Assembly (NCBI GenBank): GCA_964569655.1
Contig: CAZMTN010000002.1
Span: forward strand, 901-64,900
Length of the DNA stretch: 64,000 nucleotides
DNA from: an uncultured Candidatus Saccharibacteria bacterium
Lineage (GTDB): Bacteria > Patescibacteriota > Minisyncoccia > Phycocordibacterales > Phycocordibacteraceae
Reading direction: 5' to 3'
Shown: in pieces, positions 9,102 through 18,049 of the stretch
Layout of the letters: the number at the start of each line of letters is the position of its first letter
Numbering within the stretch: the first letter of the stretch is position 1
Translations under genes and position numbers: made by a program
Notes under the pieces: generated by a model
Databases searched by the model: none
What the model was told of the DNA's origin: nothing
Seen by the model: the letters and a program-made list of their open reading frames with translations, nothing else

Positions 9102-10070
9102 CTACGACGCGAGCCGGAATACATTCCAGACCTGGAGCGTGAAAAAGGCGACATAAAATAGGAGGAGCACGGCCCCTTCCATGCGGGAGATGGTCGATTG
9201 CGACCGGGCGAATAGCCACAGCATCCCAAGCCCTGACACGAGCAGAACGGTGGTCATCACGAATTCCGACGCTTCGACGAAGAACGGGCCGGACGCGACG
9301 GCGAGCCCGCCGAAGATGAGCGTGTTCATCGCTGCCGAGCCGAGATAATCCCCGAACGCGATATCGCTGCGACCCCGGAGTATTGATCGGAAGGCGATGA
9401 CGATCTCGGGAACATTAGTTCCTATCGAGAGCATGAGCAGGCCGATGAGCGAATTGGGCACGCTGAGCGCGGCTGCGAAATAGACCGCTTCGCCTACGAG
9501 GAAATGCGCAGCCGCGAATATGGCGGCTCCCCCTATCGCTACGCGCATGAGGTCTGCTGCCATACGCCGCGTCCTGCCGCCCTCCTCTTCCTCGAAGGGG
9601 TCGCACGCGCGTATGGGCGCGCGCCTGCGGTAGAGCGCGTACGCCACGGTCCCGTACGCGAGGATCGCGAGCAATCCCTCGGTGCGCGTGATGTTGCCGT
9701 CCATGACGAGGAGCGCCGGGAGCCCGACCGCGCCGAGCATGAGGGCAAGCGCCCTGCTCGATATCGCCTCGTTGAGGCGTATGCCCTTCCCGAAGAGGGC
9801 GAACAGCGGGGTGATGAAGAGGAGCAGGACGAACGACGCGCCGATAAGGTTCCCTGCAGACACCCCGGGGACTGCCGCGAGGCTCGAGTTCACCGCTACC
9901 GATATCTCGCTTATCGAGGTGAGGAACCCAAGGATGAAGAACGCGGTGAAGAACCCGCTCCTGCAATAGCGCCGCGAGATGCGATTCACCGCCTCTATGA
10001 GCACGTCGACGAAGAACCAGACGATGCCTATCGAGGCGAGGAAGATGAGTATGTGCACGAGCATGTCCAT
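9102..10070 (-). CDS. Ca2+/Na+ (cation) antiporter, CaCA/YrbG family
   Basis: ~10 TM helices with alpha-repeat motifs (GNLIGASFVLLL ... SIGTNVPEIVIA, GDYLGSAAMNTL) typical of sodium/calcium exchanger membrane regions. Confidence 0.65.
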   Translation of the reverse strand: MDMLVHILIFLASIGIVWFFVDVLIEAVNRISRRYCRSGFFTAFFILGFLTSISEISVAVNSSLAAVPGVSAGNLIGASFVLLLFITPLFALFGKGIRLNEAISSRALALMLGAVGLPALLVMDGNITRTEGLLAILAYGTVAYALYRRRAPIRACDPFEEEEGGRTRRMAADLMRVAIGGAAIFAAAHFLVGEAVYFAAALSVPNSLIGLLMLSIGTNVPEIVIAFRSILRGRSDIAFGDYLGSAAMNTLIFGGLAVASGPFFVEASEFVMTTVLLVSGLGMLWLFARSQSTISRMEGAVLLLFYVAFFTLQVWNVFRLAS

Positions 10071-10094
10071 ACCTGAGACAATACCATCACCGCG

Positions 10095-10544
10095 TCAGCG
10101 CTTCTTCGGGCGCTTTTTTCTTTTCTCGAACTCTCGCACGTACTCGTGATACTGCCCGTAGTCGGCCGTAAGCTCTTCGCCCTTCTTAACGGGGCGGGCA
10201 GTGATGAACCGCTCTCCCTTCTCGCGCGTGATCATATTGGGTGTCCTGGAATGGTTCAGGAAATAGGACTTGTCTAGCGCGTCGATGCCGTAATCCGGAA
10301 CGAAATACGCGCCATCCTGGAGCGCGCAGAAGTCGCGTACCAGCTGCTTGGCTTCTTCCGGCGCCGGACTCGCATCCAGTTCCTTCTCGGACACCTCAAG
10401 TACGTCGCCGAACGGGTCGCAGTTCTTGAATGGATCGATGCCTTTGGGGATGTTCCGTATGGCCACGACGCCGACGCCGTGCTTCGTAACCGCGAGCCGG
10501 CACCACACGTCGTTGAGCGATTGTAAAAACTGGCGCTTGTTCAT
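10095..10544 (-). CDS. SET-domain protein (putative protein-lysine methyltransferase), 150 aa
   Basis: C-terminal SET signatures LNHSRTPNM (NHSCxPN-like) and GEELTADYG (ELxxDY); start set to internal ATG (MNKRQFLQ...) because upstream track extension is Arg/Gly low complexity; ATG overlaps stop of upstream CYTH gene (ATGA). Confidence 0.6.
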   Translation of the reverse strand: MNKRQFLQSLNDVWCRLAVTKHGVGVVAIRNIPKGIDPFKNCDPFGDVLEVSEKELDASPAPEEAKQLVRDFCALQDGAYFVPDYGIDALDKSYFLNHSRTPNMITREKGERFITARPVKKGEELTADYGQYHEYVREFEKRKKRPKKR

Positions 10545-11095
10545 GCCCTGCGTCCCATGAGCGCGATATCGTACCGCTGTGCCGGCATATCTTCCTTCTC
10601 TATCCCGAGTGATAGCAGGAACTCCACCATCCCCTTCTGGGCAGCCTCCGCCTCTTCGAGCGCTGCCATCTGCTCTATCTCGATGAACGTGCCGAGGCCT
10701 TCGACCTCGTCCAGGCAGATCTCCCACTCCTGGTATCTGCACTTCCGGCGTGTCTTCTTCACGCGCACCGCTTCCCTGAAGCCGAGCACGGTAAGGATCT
10801 GCTGCATCGTATCGCGCGAGCTTATCTCGAGCTCGTACTCGACCGGCACTCCGGTCGGGTCGTTGGCATCGCGGCCTTCGTGGTGCTTCACCGTGAAGAT
10901 GGTCTTGCTGCTCCCCTGGACGCGGATGCGCAGGAAGGCCGAGTTCCGGACGAACTCCGCGACCGAGCCGACGTTCTTCGCATAGACGGTATCGTCCTGG
11001 GTTACAGGGTCAGAAAGCGCGCAGCCGAGCGAACCGAGCTTCGCGAGCAATGCTTCCCTATCACGCACCTGGGCCTTTATCTCGATCTCATGCAT
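10541..11095 (-). CDS. CYTH-domain protein (class IV adenylate cyclase CyaB / triphosphate tunnel metalloenzyme family)
   Basis: N-terminal EIEIKAQV, central RIRV/TVKHH, C-terminal RYQEWEICLDEVEGLGTFIEIE pattern characteristic of CYTH; start at internal ATG MHEIEIKA. Confidence 0.6.
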   Translation of the reverse strand: MHEIEIKAQVRDREALLAKLGSLGCALSDPVTQDDTVYAKNVGSVAEFVRNSAFLRIRVQGSSKTIFTVKHHEGRDANDPTGVPVEYELEISSRDTMQQILTVLGFREAVRVKKTRRKCRYQEWEICLDEVEGLGTFIEIEQMAALEEAEAAQKGMVEFLLSLGIEKEDMPAQRYDIALMGRRA

Positions 11096-11140
11096 GTCGT
11101 ACGTACAGTATAAGCCTGAGGCACGTACTATCCTCCCCTC

Positions 11141-11527
11141 ATGAACGAAGGCCCTCCGAAACCTGCGGGAGAGAACGAGACCGAACGAAGCGGAAACGAG
11201 GCAGAGGCGCTCGGCCGATGGCTCGATGTCCTGCACCTCATCGAGAGCCAGGAAGTGCTTCCCTTCCCAGGGCTTAAGCCTGAGTCATACGCGAAACTTA
11301 AGGCGGACGAGGAGAAGTATCCGGGTTTCGTCACGCCCATAGATGATCTCCTCGAGCGAATGAAGAACGAAGGCATGAAAGTGGTGCTCGGGAAGCACCC
11401 GGAAAGCAAGAATATCTTCATTCTCCCTGCAGGGAGCAGGGATGTCGAGAATGATTCGGTACTCCCGAAGGATCTCGATACCGCAGGGCTGCATAGCGCA
11501 TTGCGAGGGTTCATCGAAGCGAAGTAA
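11141..11527 (+). CDS. hypothetical acidic protein
   Basis: ORF divergent from CYTH gene; no family recognized. Confidence 0.4.
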   Translation: MNEGPPKPAGENETERSGNEAEALGRWLDVLHLIESQEVLPFPGLKPESYAKLKADEEKYPGFVTPIDDLLERMKNEGMKVVLGKHPESKNIFILPAGSRDVENDSVLPKDLDTAGLHSALRGFIEAK

Positions 11528-11576
11528 ACAGAAAACCCGCCAAGCAGTGCGGCCCAGCGGGCATCTGCTTCACGGG

Positions 11577-12080
11577 TTACGCTGCTTCTTTATCACGCAT
11601 CGGCGTCGCGGGCACATAGTCCTTCTTTGTCTCAGGGACCAAGTCGCCGCTCCAGCCATCGAGCTTCGCATGCTCTGTGCACCAGTCGCGCTCGAACACT
11701 GAACCCCAGCAATTGAATACGCACCGCTTCACCGCATGTGCGGTACAGCCTTCGCGCATGCACGGGTTCTTCGGGCTGAAGTCGAAGCAAAGCGAGTAGG
11801 TCGTGTGGTACATCCGCCCGTACACGCGGAGCGCGCGACTCTCGACGTTCCAGTCCTGGTCGATCTGGAGCTCGTTGCGCCGATGCCGGACGATGCAGTC
11901 TTCCGGCGAGCTGACGTGGTTCAGCATCTGGCTCCGATGGAACCGGACCCCGAACGCGCCGTCCTCGTTCTTATCGTCGTGATTTATCTCCACAACTTCT
12001 CCTTGCTTGCCGTTGTACTGCGAGAACCTAGAGACAATCGTGACGATGTTCCCGTGCCTCACCTTCTCTTTCTTAGCCAT
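11577..12080 (-). CDS. hypothetical protein with Cys/His-rich C-terminal half (possible metal-binding)
   Basis: ATG with GGAGAAAG SD; C-terminus CFDFSPKNPCMREGCTAHAVKRCVFNCWGSVFERDWCTEH. Confidence 0.5.
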   Translation of the reverse strand: MAKKEKVRHGNIVTIVSRFSQYNGKQGEVVEINHDDKNEDGAFGVRFHRSQMLNHVSSPEDCIVRHRRNELQIDQDWNVESRALRVYGRMYHTTYSLCFDFSPKNPCMREGCTAHAVKRCVFNCWGSVFERDWCTEHAKLDGWSGDLVPETKKDYVPATPMRDKEAA

Positions 12081-12133
12081 GAGCTTTCTCCTTCCGCGGG
12101 CACTATATGCCTCACAAGGGCCAACGTCCAGCG

Positions 12134-12160
12134 AAAAACCGCCCTCTCGGGCGGTTTTTC
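12134..12160. terminator. intrinsic terminator AAAAACCGCCC-TCTC-GGGCGGTTTTT (recurrent family)
   Basis: perfect 6-bp GC stem, tetraloop, A/T runs both sides. Confidence 0.6.
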
Positions 12161-12173
12161 CTCTTCCCTTCCT

Positions 12174-12425
12174 TTACGCCCTGCGGATCATCTTCACGAT
12201 CCACAGGAGCACCACGGCTCCGAGGATAGCTACGAGCAGGCTGTAGATGTTGAATCCGTCGACGCCCTGCGCGCCGAGCATGCTCATGATCCATCCGCCG
12301 AGCACGGCGCCCACGATACCGACGACGATATCGATGAGGAGGCCCTGCTGGTTGTTCGTATTCATGATCATCGACGCGATCCAGCCTGCGAGCGCGCCGA
12401 AGATGATCCAGATGATGAATTCCAT
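12174..12425 (-). CDS. GlsB/YeaQ/YmgE-family transglycosylase-associated small membrane protein
   Basis: 83 aa, three short hydrophobic segments with GxxxG-rich pattern (GALAGWIASMIM...GIVGAVLGGWIMSMLG) typical of PF04226. Confidence 0.65.
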   Translation of the reverse strand: MEFIIWIIFGALAGWIASMIMNTNNQQGLLIDIVVGIVGAVLGGWIMSMLGAQGVDGFNIYSLLVAILGAVVLLWIVKMIRRA

Positions 12426-12445
12426 AGTGGTGAGTTGAGGTTAGG

Positions 12446-12700
12446 CTATTCGTTAGTAGTGGTCGAGTAGTTGTTGGTGGTCGTCGCGTTGATCGTCGTA
12501 TTGAGGATCGGCGCCGGCATGGTGTCGTCCTCGTCCGTGTCTACCGGCACGTACTGCACGGTATTCGTGTCGCCGGTCGCGGCATACCCGGGCCACACGA
12601 AGAGCGCGATGAGAGCGATGACGACGATGAGCGCCGCAGCGATCACCCAGCCGGCGACGCCGTCGCTCGAGCCGTTCGGGTTATTAACGATAGTTGCCAT
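12446..12700 (-). CDS. small membrane protein, Thr/Asn-rich C-terminus
   Basis: single TM helix (WVIAAALIVVIALIALFVW); no family. Confidence 0.4.
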   Translation of the reverse strand: MATIVNNPNGSSDGVAGWVIAAALIVVIALIALFVWPGYAATGDTNTVQYVPVDTDEDDTMPAPILNTTINATTTNNYSTTTNE

Positions 12701-12855
12701 ACAGATTGGTTAGCTGGTACCTCCCTAAGTATAGGGAGACCGCGTGAATAAGCCGTTAACGAGCATGAAATCTCCTTCATGAAGCCTTCACGGCCCGAGG
12801 AGCAAGGTGTAGCGACGCCCCGCCTAGCGGAGCCTTATATCCCTAATCATTCTGT

Positions 12856-13155
12856 ATGGACACCCGCGAAAGCAATCTCGCATGGATTATTGCAGGCATT
12901 CTCTTCGTTCTTCTCATCGTCGTCGGGTATCTCTGGTACTCGAACACCCAGGACCTCGACAACGTCCTTCAGGACGGGCGCGAGGACATCGGCTACTACC
13001 GCGACCAGATCGCCGAACACTGCCGCGGCCCTGAGGCAGACGAGAAGCAGTGCGCCGAGGACATGGAGGACCTCTCCGACCTCCTCCGCGAGTTCAGCGA
13101 GGACATCGACGCTGCGGCGACGAGCACGCTTGACGCGAACGCCGAGGCCAACTAA
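12856..13155 (+). CDS. small membrane-anchored acidic protein
   Basis: N-terminal TM (LAWIIAGILFVLLIVVGYLWY) then acidic tail; followed by hairpin CCAGCCCCGC...GCGGGGCTGG. Confidence 0.45.
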   Translation: MDTRESNLAWIIAGILFVLLIVVGYLWYSNTQDLDNVLQDGREDIGYYRDQIAEHCRGPEADEKQCAEDMEDLSDLLREFSEDIDAAATSTLDANAEAN

Positions 13156-13240
13156 TACCTCCCCACCCACGCGATACCAGCCCCGCCCACGCGGGGCTGG
13201 TTCGCTAAAAGGCGCTCCGCGTGGTACAGTCCATCTACTT

Positions 13241-13804
13241 TTGGCCAACGAACCCGTCCGCATCAATCGTGAGATCCGATCGAAAGAACTACGCGTCATC
13301 GGCGCGGAGGGCGAGAACCTAGGCGTCATCAGCCTCGCCGAGGCCCTGAAGGCCGCCGAGACGGCCGGGATGGACCTCATCGAGATCAGCCCGAGCGCCA
13401 CCCCGCCGGTTGCGAAAGTGATGGATTATGGTAAATTTGAGTACGAACGGAGCAAGAAGGAGAAGGCCGTGAAGGCCAAGGCTAAAGTCTCGGAAACCAA
13501 GGAAGTCCAGATCAAAGTGGGCACCGGGGAGCACGATATGCAGCTCAAGGCCCGGAAGGCAGCCGAGTGGCTCGCCGAAGGACATCGCGTCCGCGCCGAA
13601 CTCTTCCTCAAGGGCCGTTACAAGGGCATGGAGGAGGTATTCCTCAAGGCCCGCCTCGAGAAGTTCCTCCAGCTCGTCCCGTACGCCTTCAAGATGGCCG
13701 AGCCGGTGACGAGGAGCCCGAAGGGCTTCGCCGGAGTGATCGAGCGGGACATGCAGGCGCAGGCGAAGCGGGAGAAAGGAGACAAACCAACCGAAACACC
13801 ATGA
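13241..13804 (+). CDS. infC: translation initiation factor IF-3
   Basis: clear IF-3 sequence (RINREIRSKELRVIGAEGENLGVISLAEALKAAETAGMDLIEISPSATPPVAKVMDYGKFEYE...); no in-frame ATG upstream of conserved region, so non-ATG start (TTG at 13241 suggested, uncertain); stop overlaps rpmI ATG (ATGA). Confidence 0.75.
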   Translation: MANEPVRINREIRSKELRVIGAEGENLGVISLAEALKAAETAGMDLIEISPSATPPVAKVMDYGKFEYERSKKEKAVKAKAKVSETKEVQIKVGTGEHDMQLKARKAAEWLAEGHRVRAELFLKGRYKGMEEVFLKARLEKFLQLVPYAFKMAEPVTRSPKGFAGVIERDMQAQAKREKGDKPTETP

Positions 13805-14001
13805 AAACCAACAAGTCATACTCGAAGCGGATCCGCGTCACCAAGACCGGCAAGCTCGTCGCGCGCAAGTCCGGCCAGAACCATTTCAATGCGAAGGAAC
13901 GCGGCAATACCAAGGGCACCAAGCGCCGCTCGGTAGCCTTCAACCTTTCGAACAAGTCTCGCGCGCGCTTCTTCCCGGGGACGGCGAAGAAGGCCCGTTA
14001 A
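13801..14001 (+). CDS. rpmI: 50S ribosomal protein L35
   Basis: 66 aa basic protein MKTNKSYSKRIRVTKTGKLVARKSGQNHF...; classic infC-rpmI-rplT order. Confidence 0.85.
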   Translation: MKTNKSYSKRIRVTKTGKLVARKSGQNHFNAKERGNTKGTKRRSVAFNLSNKSRARFFPGTAKKAR

Positions 14002-14019
14002 TCAGGTAATCTTTTACGT

Positions 14020-14367
14020 ATGCCACGAGTCAAAGGAGGAGTCATCGCCGCTAAGCGCCGCCGCTCAGTATTGAAGCGCGCCAAGGGCTACCGCGGTATC
14101 CGCTCGAAGAAGGAGCGCTTCGCGAAGGAGGCGCTCGTCCACGCGGGCAAGTACCAGTTCAACGACCGCCGCGAGAAGAAGAACGAGTTCCGCCAGCTCT
14201 GGATCGTCCGCGTGAACGCGGCAGTCCGCGAGAACGGCCTCAAGTCATACAGCTCGTTCATCGACAAGCTCAAGAAGGGCGGCATCGAGCTCGACCGCAA
14301 GGTCCTCGCCACCCTCGCGAAGGACCACCCTGAGGTATTCGCCCGCATCGCGAAGAAGGTAGCGTAA
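14020..14367 (+). CDS. rplT: 50S ribosomal protein L20
   Basis: MPRVKGGVIAAKRRRSVLKRAKGYRG... strongly conserved L20. Confidence 0.9.
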   Translation: MPRVKGGVIAAKRRRSVLKRAKGYRGIRSKKERFAKEALVHAGKYQFNDRREKKNEFRQLWIVRVNAAVRENGLKSYSSFIDKLKKGGIELDRKVLATLAKDHPEVFARIAKKVA

Positions 14368-14373
14368 GGAAGG

Positions 14374-14397
14374 ACCGCCCTTAGGGCGGTTTTTTCT
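14374..14397 (+). terminator. intrinsic terminator ACCGCCC-TTA-GGGCGGT + TTTTTT
   Basis: directly after rplT stop. Confidence 0.6.
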
Positions 14398-14464
14398 TTA
14401 TCTATTCGACAGCGCTCCCCTCTTTTGCTACGATAGCCGCTTAGTTCTTTATAGGGAGAGTGTA

Positions 14465-14860
14465 GTGTTACGTAGAATTACGAGAAATTCGATTCATGAT
14501 TTCTTGAACGGTGATTTCATGAAGTCTCAGAAGGGGGCGATGCAGGACGGAAGGCCTGCGGACATGAGACCGGTCAAGAGCTCGAAAATCGCTGCCGCGA
14601 TCGTCGGCGCCGGGTATCCCCCGCGCGTCGAAGCCTATGTCTTCATCAGCGGCCACGAAGCCGCGTGTGTGATCATGGATCGCGAGTTACGCGATCATAC
14701 CAAGATTCCGCTCACGCTCGAGGCTGCGCAGGAGCTGAAGAAGAACGGGTGGTTCGGGGTCTGCGAGTACGGATCCCGCGCCTTCCTCTATCTGAACGAT
14801 CGGGGACGTTGCGAGGTCGACAAGATGCTGGAACCAAGGCTCAAAGCCATAGCAGCGTAA
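14465..14860 (+). CDS. hypothetical protein
   Basis: GTG start with GGGAGAG SD; followed by hairpin terminator ~14878-14915. Confidence 0.4.
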   Translation: MLRRITRNSIHDFLNGDFMKSQKGAMQDGRPADMRPVKSSKIAAAIVGAGYPPRVEAYVFISGHEAACVIMDRELRDHTKIPLTLEAAQELKKNGWFGVCEYGSRAFLYLNDRGRCEVDKMLEPRLKAIAA

Positions 14861-14979
14861 TCGAAGGGCGAAGATACGGGCCGTCCGCATGCTGCGGGCG
14901 GCCTTTTCTTTTTGTATATGTATTGCCTAATCTTGACTTCTATGTTACCCTGCTTCCTGAAACAGAAACGAGGTGTACC

Positions 14980-15333
14980 TTGCGATTCACTCCTGAAGTA
15001 ACCAACCTGCTCAACCTGCTGGAAGGCAGATTCGGCGACATGCGGATGTCTCCAATCTCGCTTCCCATGCATGTGGACACAGGTCTCTTGCTCCAGTGCC
15101 TGTTCGAACCCCGGAAGGATCCGTCCGTCACGAGGACATTGCGCATCAACAACGATGCAGTCGGACCGGTATGCGAAATCAATCTGCACAACGGCGGCCA
15201 TGTCTACCGCTTCCGCATCCCCAATAAGGTTGCGCTGACTGCGCAGAAGCGCAAATGGCTCAAGCCGCAGCAACCGAATTCGCAACGCCGCATCTTCGTC
15301 CTTTCAAAGAAAGGGATGGCGAAGGCCGCCTGA
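14980..15333 (+). CDS. hypothetical protein (~118 aa)
   Basis: TTG start preceded by GAGGTG SD chosen over longer track ORF 14665.. whose 5' part overlaps the previous gene in another frame. Confidence 0.35.
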   Translation: MRFTPEVTNLLNLLEGRFGDMRMSPISLPMHVDTGLLLQCLFEPRKDPSVTRTLRINNDAVGPVCEINLHNGGHVYRFRIPNKVALTAQKRKWLKPQQPNSQRRIFVLSKKGMAKAA

Positions 15334-15375
15334 ACCAGGTATCGACTAAAAACCGCTCGGAGAAATCCGGGCGGT

Positions 15376-16764
15376 TTATACTTTCTTGCTTCCCTCCTTC
15401 CGTATCTCCCACGTCTCCCCCTTCACCGGCACCACGGCTTTCACGCCCAAGTAGTCATGGATGCGCTGCGCGAAGAAGCGCGCGGCAGACGGCTCGCCGA
15501 GTCCGACGAAGAACAGCTTCGCGCGCGGCAGCGACCCTTCCGCGAACGCGATGAGCCCGTCCCGGTCCGCATGCGCGGACCACGATCCGAGCGTCTCCAC
15601 TGAGGCGCGTATCGGCACGAACTTCCCGTTAATGCGCACCTTCTTCACGCCCTCCTGGAGCATGCGCCCCGGACTTCCGGGCGCCTGGTATCCCACGATG
15701 AAGAGCGTGGAATTGGGGTCCGGGAGGTACTTCTCTTCCCACCCGCCGATGCGGCCGCCATGGCTCATGCCCGCGCCCGCCATGATGAGCTTCGGGTTCG
15801 GGGTCTTCCCGATCTCGAAGGATTCCTCCCGGGTCTCGGTCTTCGTGAGGAACGGGAAGCCGAAGATATCGTGCTCGCGGGAGAGCTCGTCCTGCACTGC
15901 GTCCTTGAAGTACTTCTCCGCCCATTTCTTGTATACGTCGGTCACCTTGATGGCGAGCGGCGAATCCAGGAACACCGGGATCTTCGGGAGCTCGCCGGCA
16001 TCGAACATATTGGAAAGCTCGTAGAGGAGGAGCTGCGTGCGCTCTATGGAGAACGCGGGCATCAGTATCGCGCCTCCCTTCCGTATCGCGCGGTCCATGG
16101 CGTCTCGGAGCTCCTTGGAGCGGTTCTCGCGGTGATTATGGACCCGGTCCCCGTACACGCTCTCGATGAACACCGCGTCGGCGTCCGGGATGAATTCAGG
16201 GTCCGGCAGGAACGGCGAGGGCTTGTTGCCGATGTCTCCCGTGAAGGCCATGGTGGTGCCGTCCGCAGCCTTCACTCGCACGCTCGCGGAGCCGAGGATG
16301 TGCCCGGTCTCGCGCAGGTATATGGAAAGTCCCGGAGCTGCCTGGTGTTCGGTGCGCAGCGGCACCGTCTCGATAAGCGAGAGGAAGGTATCGACATCCT
16401 CGCGCCCGAAGATCGGCTCCTTCCCGAGCTTCTGCGCCTCCATGCGCAGGATGTTGACGCTGTCCCGGAGGATGAGCTCGGCCAGGTCCCGGGTGGGCTC
16501 GGTCATGAAGACCTTGCCGCGGAAGCCGTCGCGCACCAGCTTCGGGGAGCGGCCCACGTGGTCGAGATGCGCGTGCGTGATCACGAGCGCGTCGATGGCA
16601 GCGGGATCGAACGAGAACGCGTCGTACGTGCAGGATTCGCAGTAGTCGCGGCCCTGCTCGATGCCGCAGTCGATGAGGAGCTTCCCCTCCCCGCTCTCGA
16701 CGAGGAAGTTCGAGCCGGTGACGGTCTCCGCTCCGCCGACGAAGGTTACGCGGAGTCCTTCCAT
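15376..16764 (-). CDS. MBL-fold beta-CASP family ribonuclease (RNase J / CPSF-like)
   Basis: metallo-beta-lactamase motif HAHLDHVG near N-terminus, beta-CASP region, C-terminal RNA-specificity-like domain; 462 aa. Confidence 0.7.
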   Translation of the reverse strand: MEGLRVTFVGGAETVTGSNFLVESGEGKLLIDCGIEQGRDYCESCTYDAFSFDPAAIDALVITHAHLDHVGRSPKLVRDGFRGKVFMTEPTRDLAELILRDSVNILRMEAQKLGKEPIFGREDVDTFLSLIETVPLRTEHQAAPGLSIYLRETGHILGSASVRVKAADGTTMAFTGDIGNKPSPFLPDPEFIPDADAVFIESVYGDRVHNHRENRSKELRDAMDRAIRKGGAILMPAFSIERTQLLLYELSNMFDAGELPKIPVFLDSPLAIKVTDVYKKWAEKYFKDAVQDELSREHDIFGFPFLTKTETREESFEIGKTPNPKLIMAGAGMSHGGRIGGWEEKYLPDPNSTLFIVGYQAPGSPGRMLQEGVKKVRINGKFVPIRASVETLGSWSAHADRDGLIAFAEGSLPRAKLFFVGLGEPSAARFFAQRIHDYLGVKAVVPVKGETWEIRKEGSKKV

Positions 16765-17114
16765 GTAGTGAATCGGGCGATGACGTAGACGAGCACGGCG
16801 CCGATGGAGTCGTCGAGGATGTCGAGGGCGGTGTCCCAGACGTAGTTGTCGCCCACGACCCCGGCAACGCCCGCTACGGCCTCAAACACCTCCCAGGCGA
16901 CCGCGGCACCCGCGATGATGAGGAGATATCCTACAGGGCGGTAGGAGCCGAGGAACGCGATAGCGCAGGCTCCGATAGCCGCTCCGCCGAGCATATGCAT
17001 CGGGACGTCGGACCAGGGGTAGAGCCAGTACCAGAAGTGGTCGATCGCAAGGAGATGGAACGCCGCAAGGAGCGCGCAGAGGGCGAAGGCGATAAGGAGC
17101 CAGCGGGACGGCAT
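16746..17114 (-). CDS. small integral membrane protein (4 TM)
   Basis: start set to internal ATG (MPSRWLLIAFALCALLAAF...) because an intrinsic terminator (17136-17164) lies inside the longer track ORF. Confidence 0.4.
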   Translation of the reverse strand: MPSRWLLIAFALCALLAAFHLLAIDHFWYWLYPWSDVPMHMLGGAAIGACAIAFLGSYRPVGYLLIIAGAAVAWEVFEAVAGVAGVVGDNYVWDTALDILDDSIGAVLVYVIARFTTWKDSA

Positions 17115-17135
17115 GGATACCTGAACTTTATCATG

Positions 17136-17164
17136 CAAAAGACCCGCCGGAGCGGGTCTTTTGT
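17136..17164. terminator. intrinsic terminator GACCCGC-CGGA-GCGGGTC + TTTT
   Basis: 7-bp stem with A-run upstream and T-run downstream. Confidence 0.5.
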
Positions 17165-17344
17165 ACGGAGTCATTCCTAATTCAAGCAACTGGTATGCCA
17201 AGTGGGTATCCGCATCGGGTTTCGTCGGATTCCTTACGGATTCGCCAGAAGCCCGATATGGTGGATTCCCGTGAGTAGGCAATTGCGTTTTTAAGGAATG
17301 CCTCCGTCCCTCAGTATATCAACCCTCCATGAAGAGCCTGTGGA

Positions 17345-17953
17345 TTATTCGAGGATGCCGTCGAGGTTCACGTCGTAGAGGATGGCCTCCTGGACGCTCT
17401 TGTAGGTAGTGAGGTCTTCCGGGGCGAACCACATGGCGAGCTCCTTGTTGGCGTTCTCCACCTCGTCCGAGCAGTGGATGAGGTTACGGACCGCGCGGTC
17501 GTCCACCGAGCAGATGTCGTAGGAGTCGAGGGTGAGGTCCCCGCGGATGGTTCCGACGTCGGACGTCGCCGGCTCGGTCTCGCCGACCAGCTTCTTCACC
17601 ACGGCTACCGCCTGGTTGCCTTCGAGCGCCATCATCACTACCGGGCCTGCGGTCATGTACTTCACGAGGACGCGGATGATGTCCTTGCCGTACTCGATCG
17701 GCTCCTTGTCGATCTTGATGCCTGCCGCGGTCTTCCCTTCCACGATCTTGTTCCCCTTCTTGAGGAACCACTCGTCGTCCTTGTCGTAGTGCTTCCAGAG
17801 CTTCTCCTCCGGGAGGATGCACATCTTCATGCCCACGATCTTGAGGCCCGTGTTCTCGAAGCGGCGGGTGATCTCGCCCACGAGGCCGCGCTGCACGCCG
17901 TCCGGCTTCACGATCACGAACGTGCGTTCCTTCTTCGGGTGGTTGATTTCCAT
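17345..17953 (-). CDS. ndk: nucleoside diphosphate kinase (long form, ~202 aa)
   Basis: NDK core (FVIVKPDGVQRGLVGEI..., catalytic-His region NLIHCSD); start at internal ATG MEINH. Confidence 0.8.
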   Translation of the reverse strand: MEINHPKKERTFVIVKPDGVQRGLVGEITRRFENTGLKIVGMKMCILPEEKLWKHYDKDDEWFLKKGNKIVEGKTAAGIKIDKEPIEYGKDIIRVLVKYMTAGPVVMMALEGNQAVAVVKKLVGETEPATSDVGTIRGDLTLDSYDICSVDDRAVRNLIHCSDEVENANKELAMWFAPEDLTTYKSVQEAILYDVNLDGILE

Positions 17954-18013
17954 AAAAATAAATCGCCTAGGGCGTTGTAATGCCCGCAGTATACGGAAGA
18001 ACGGCCCTAAACG

Positions 18014-18040
18014 CAAAACGCCCCCGGAGGGGCGTTTTCG
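18014..18040. terminator. bidirectional intrinsic terminator CGCCCC-CGGA-GGGGCG flanked by AAAA/TTTT
   Basis: between convergent ndk upstream region and 18050..18262. Confidence 0.5.
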
Positions 18041-18049
18041 CTTCTCTCC

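Noticed and set aside
10545-10742. Upstream extension of the SET-domain ORF
   Set aside because: Arg/Gly-rich low complexity overlapping the CYTH gene; internal ATG at 10544 coupled to the CYTH stop is the plausible start.
12779-13240. N-terminal 150 aa of track ORF 12779..13804
   Set aside because: Ser/Thr/Arg/Pro-rich and overlapping the real small membrane gene 12856..13155 in another frame; only the C-terminal IF-3 portion (from ~13241) is genuine.
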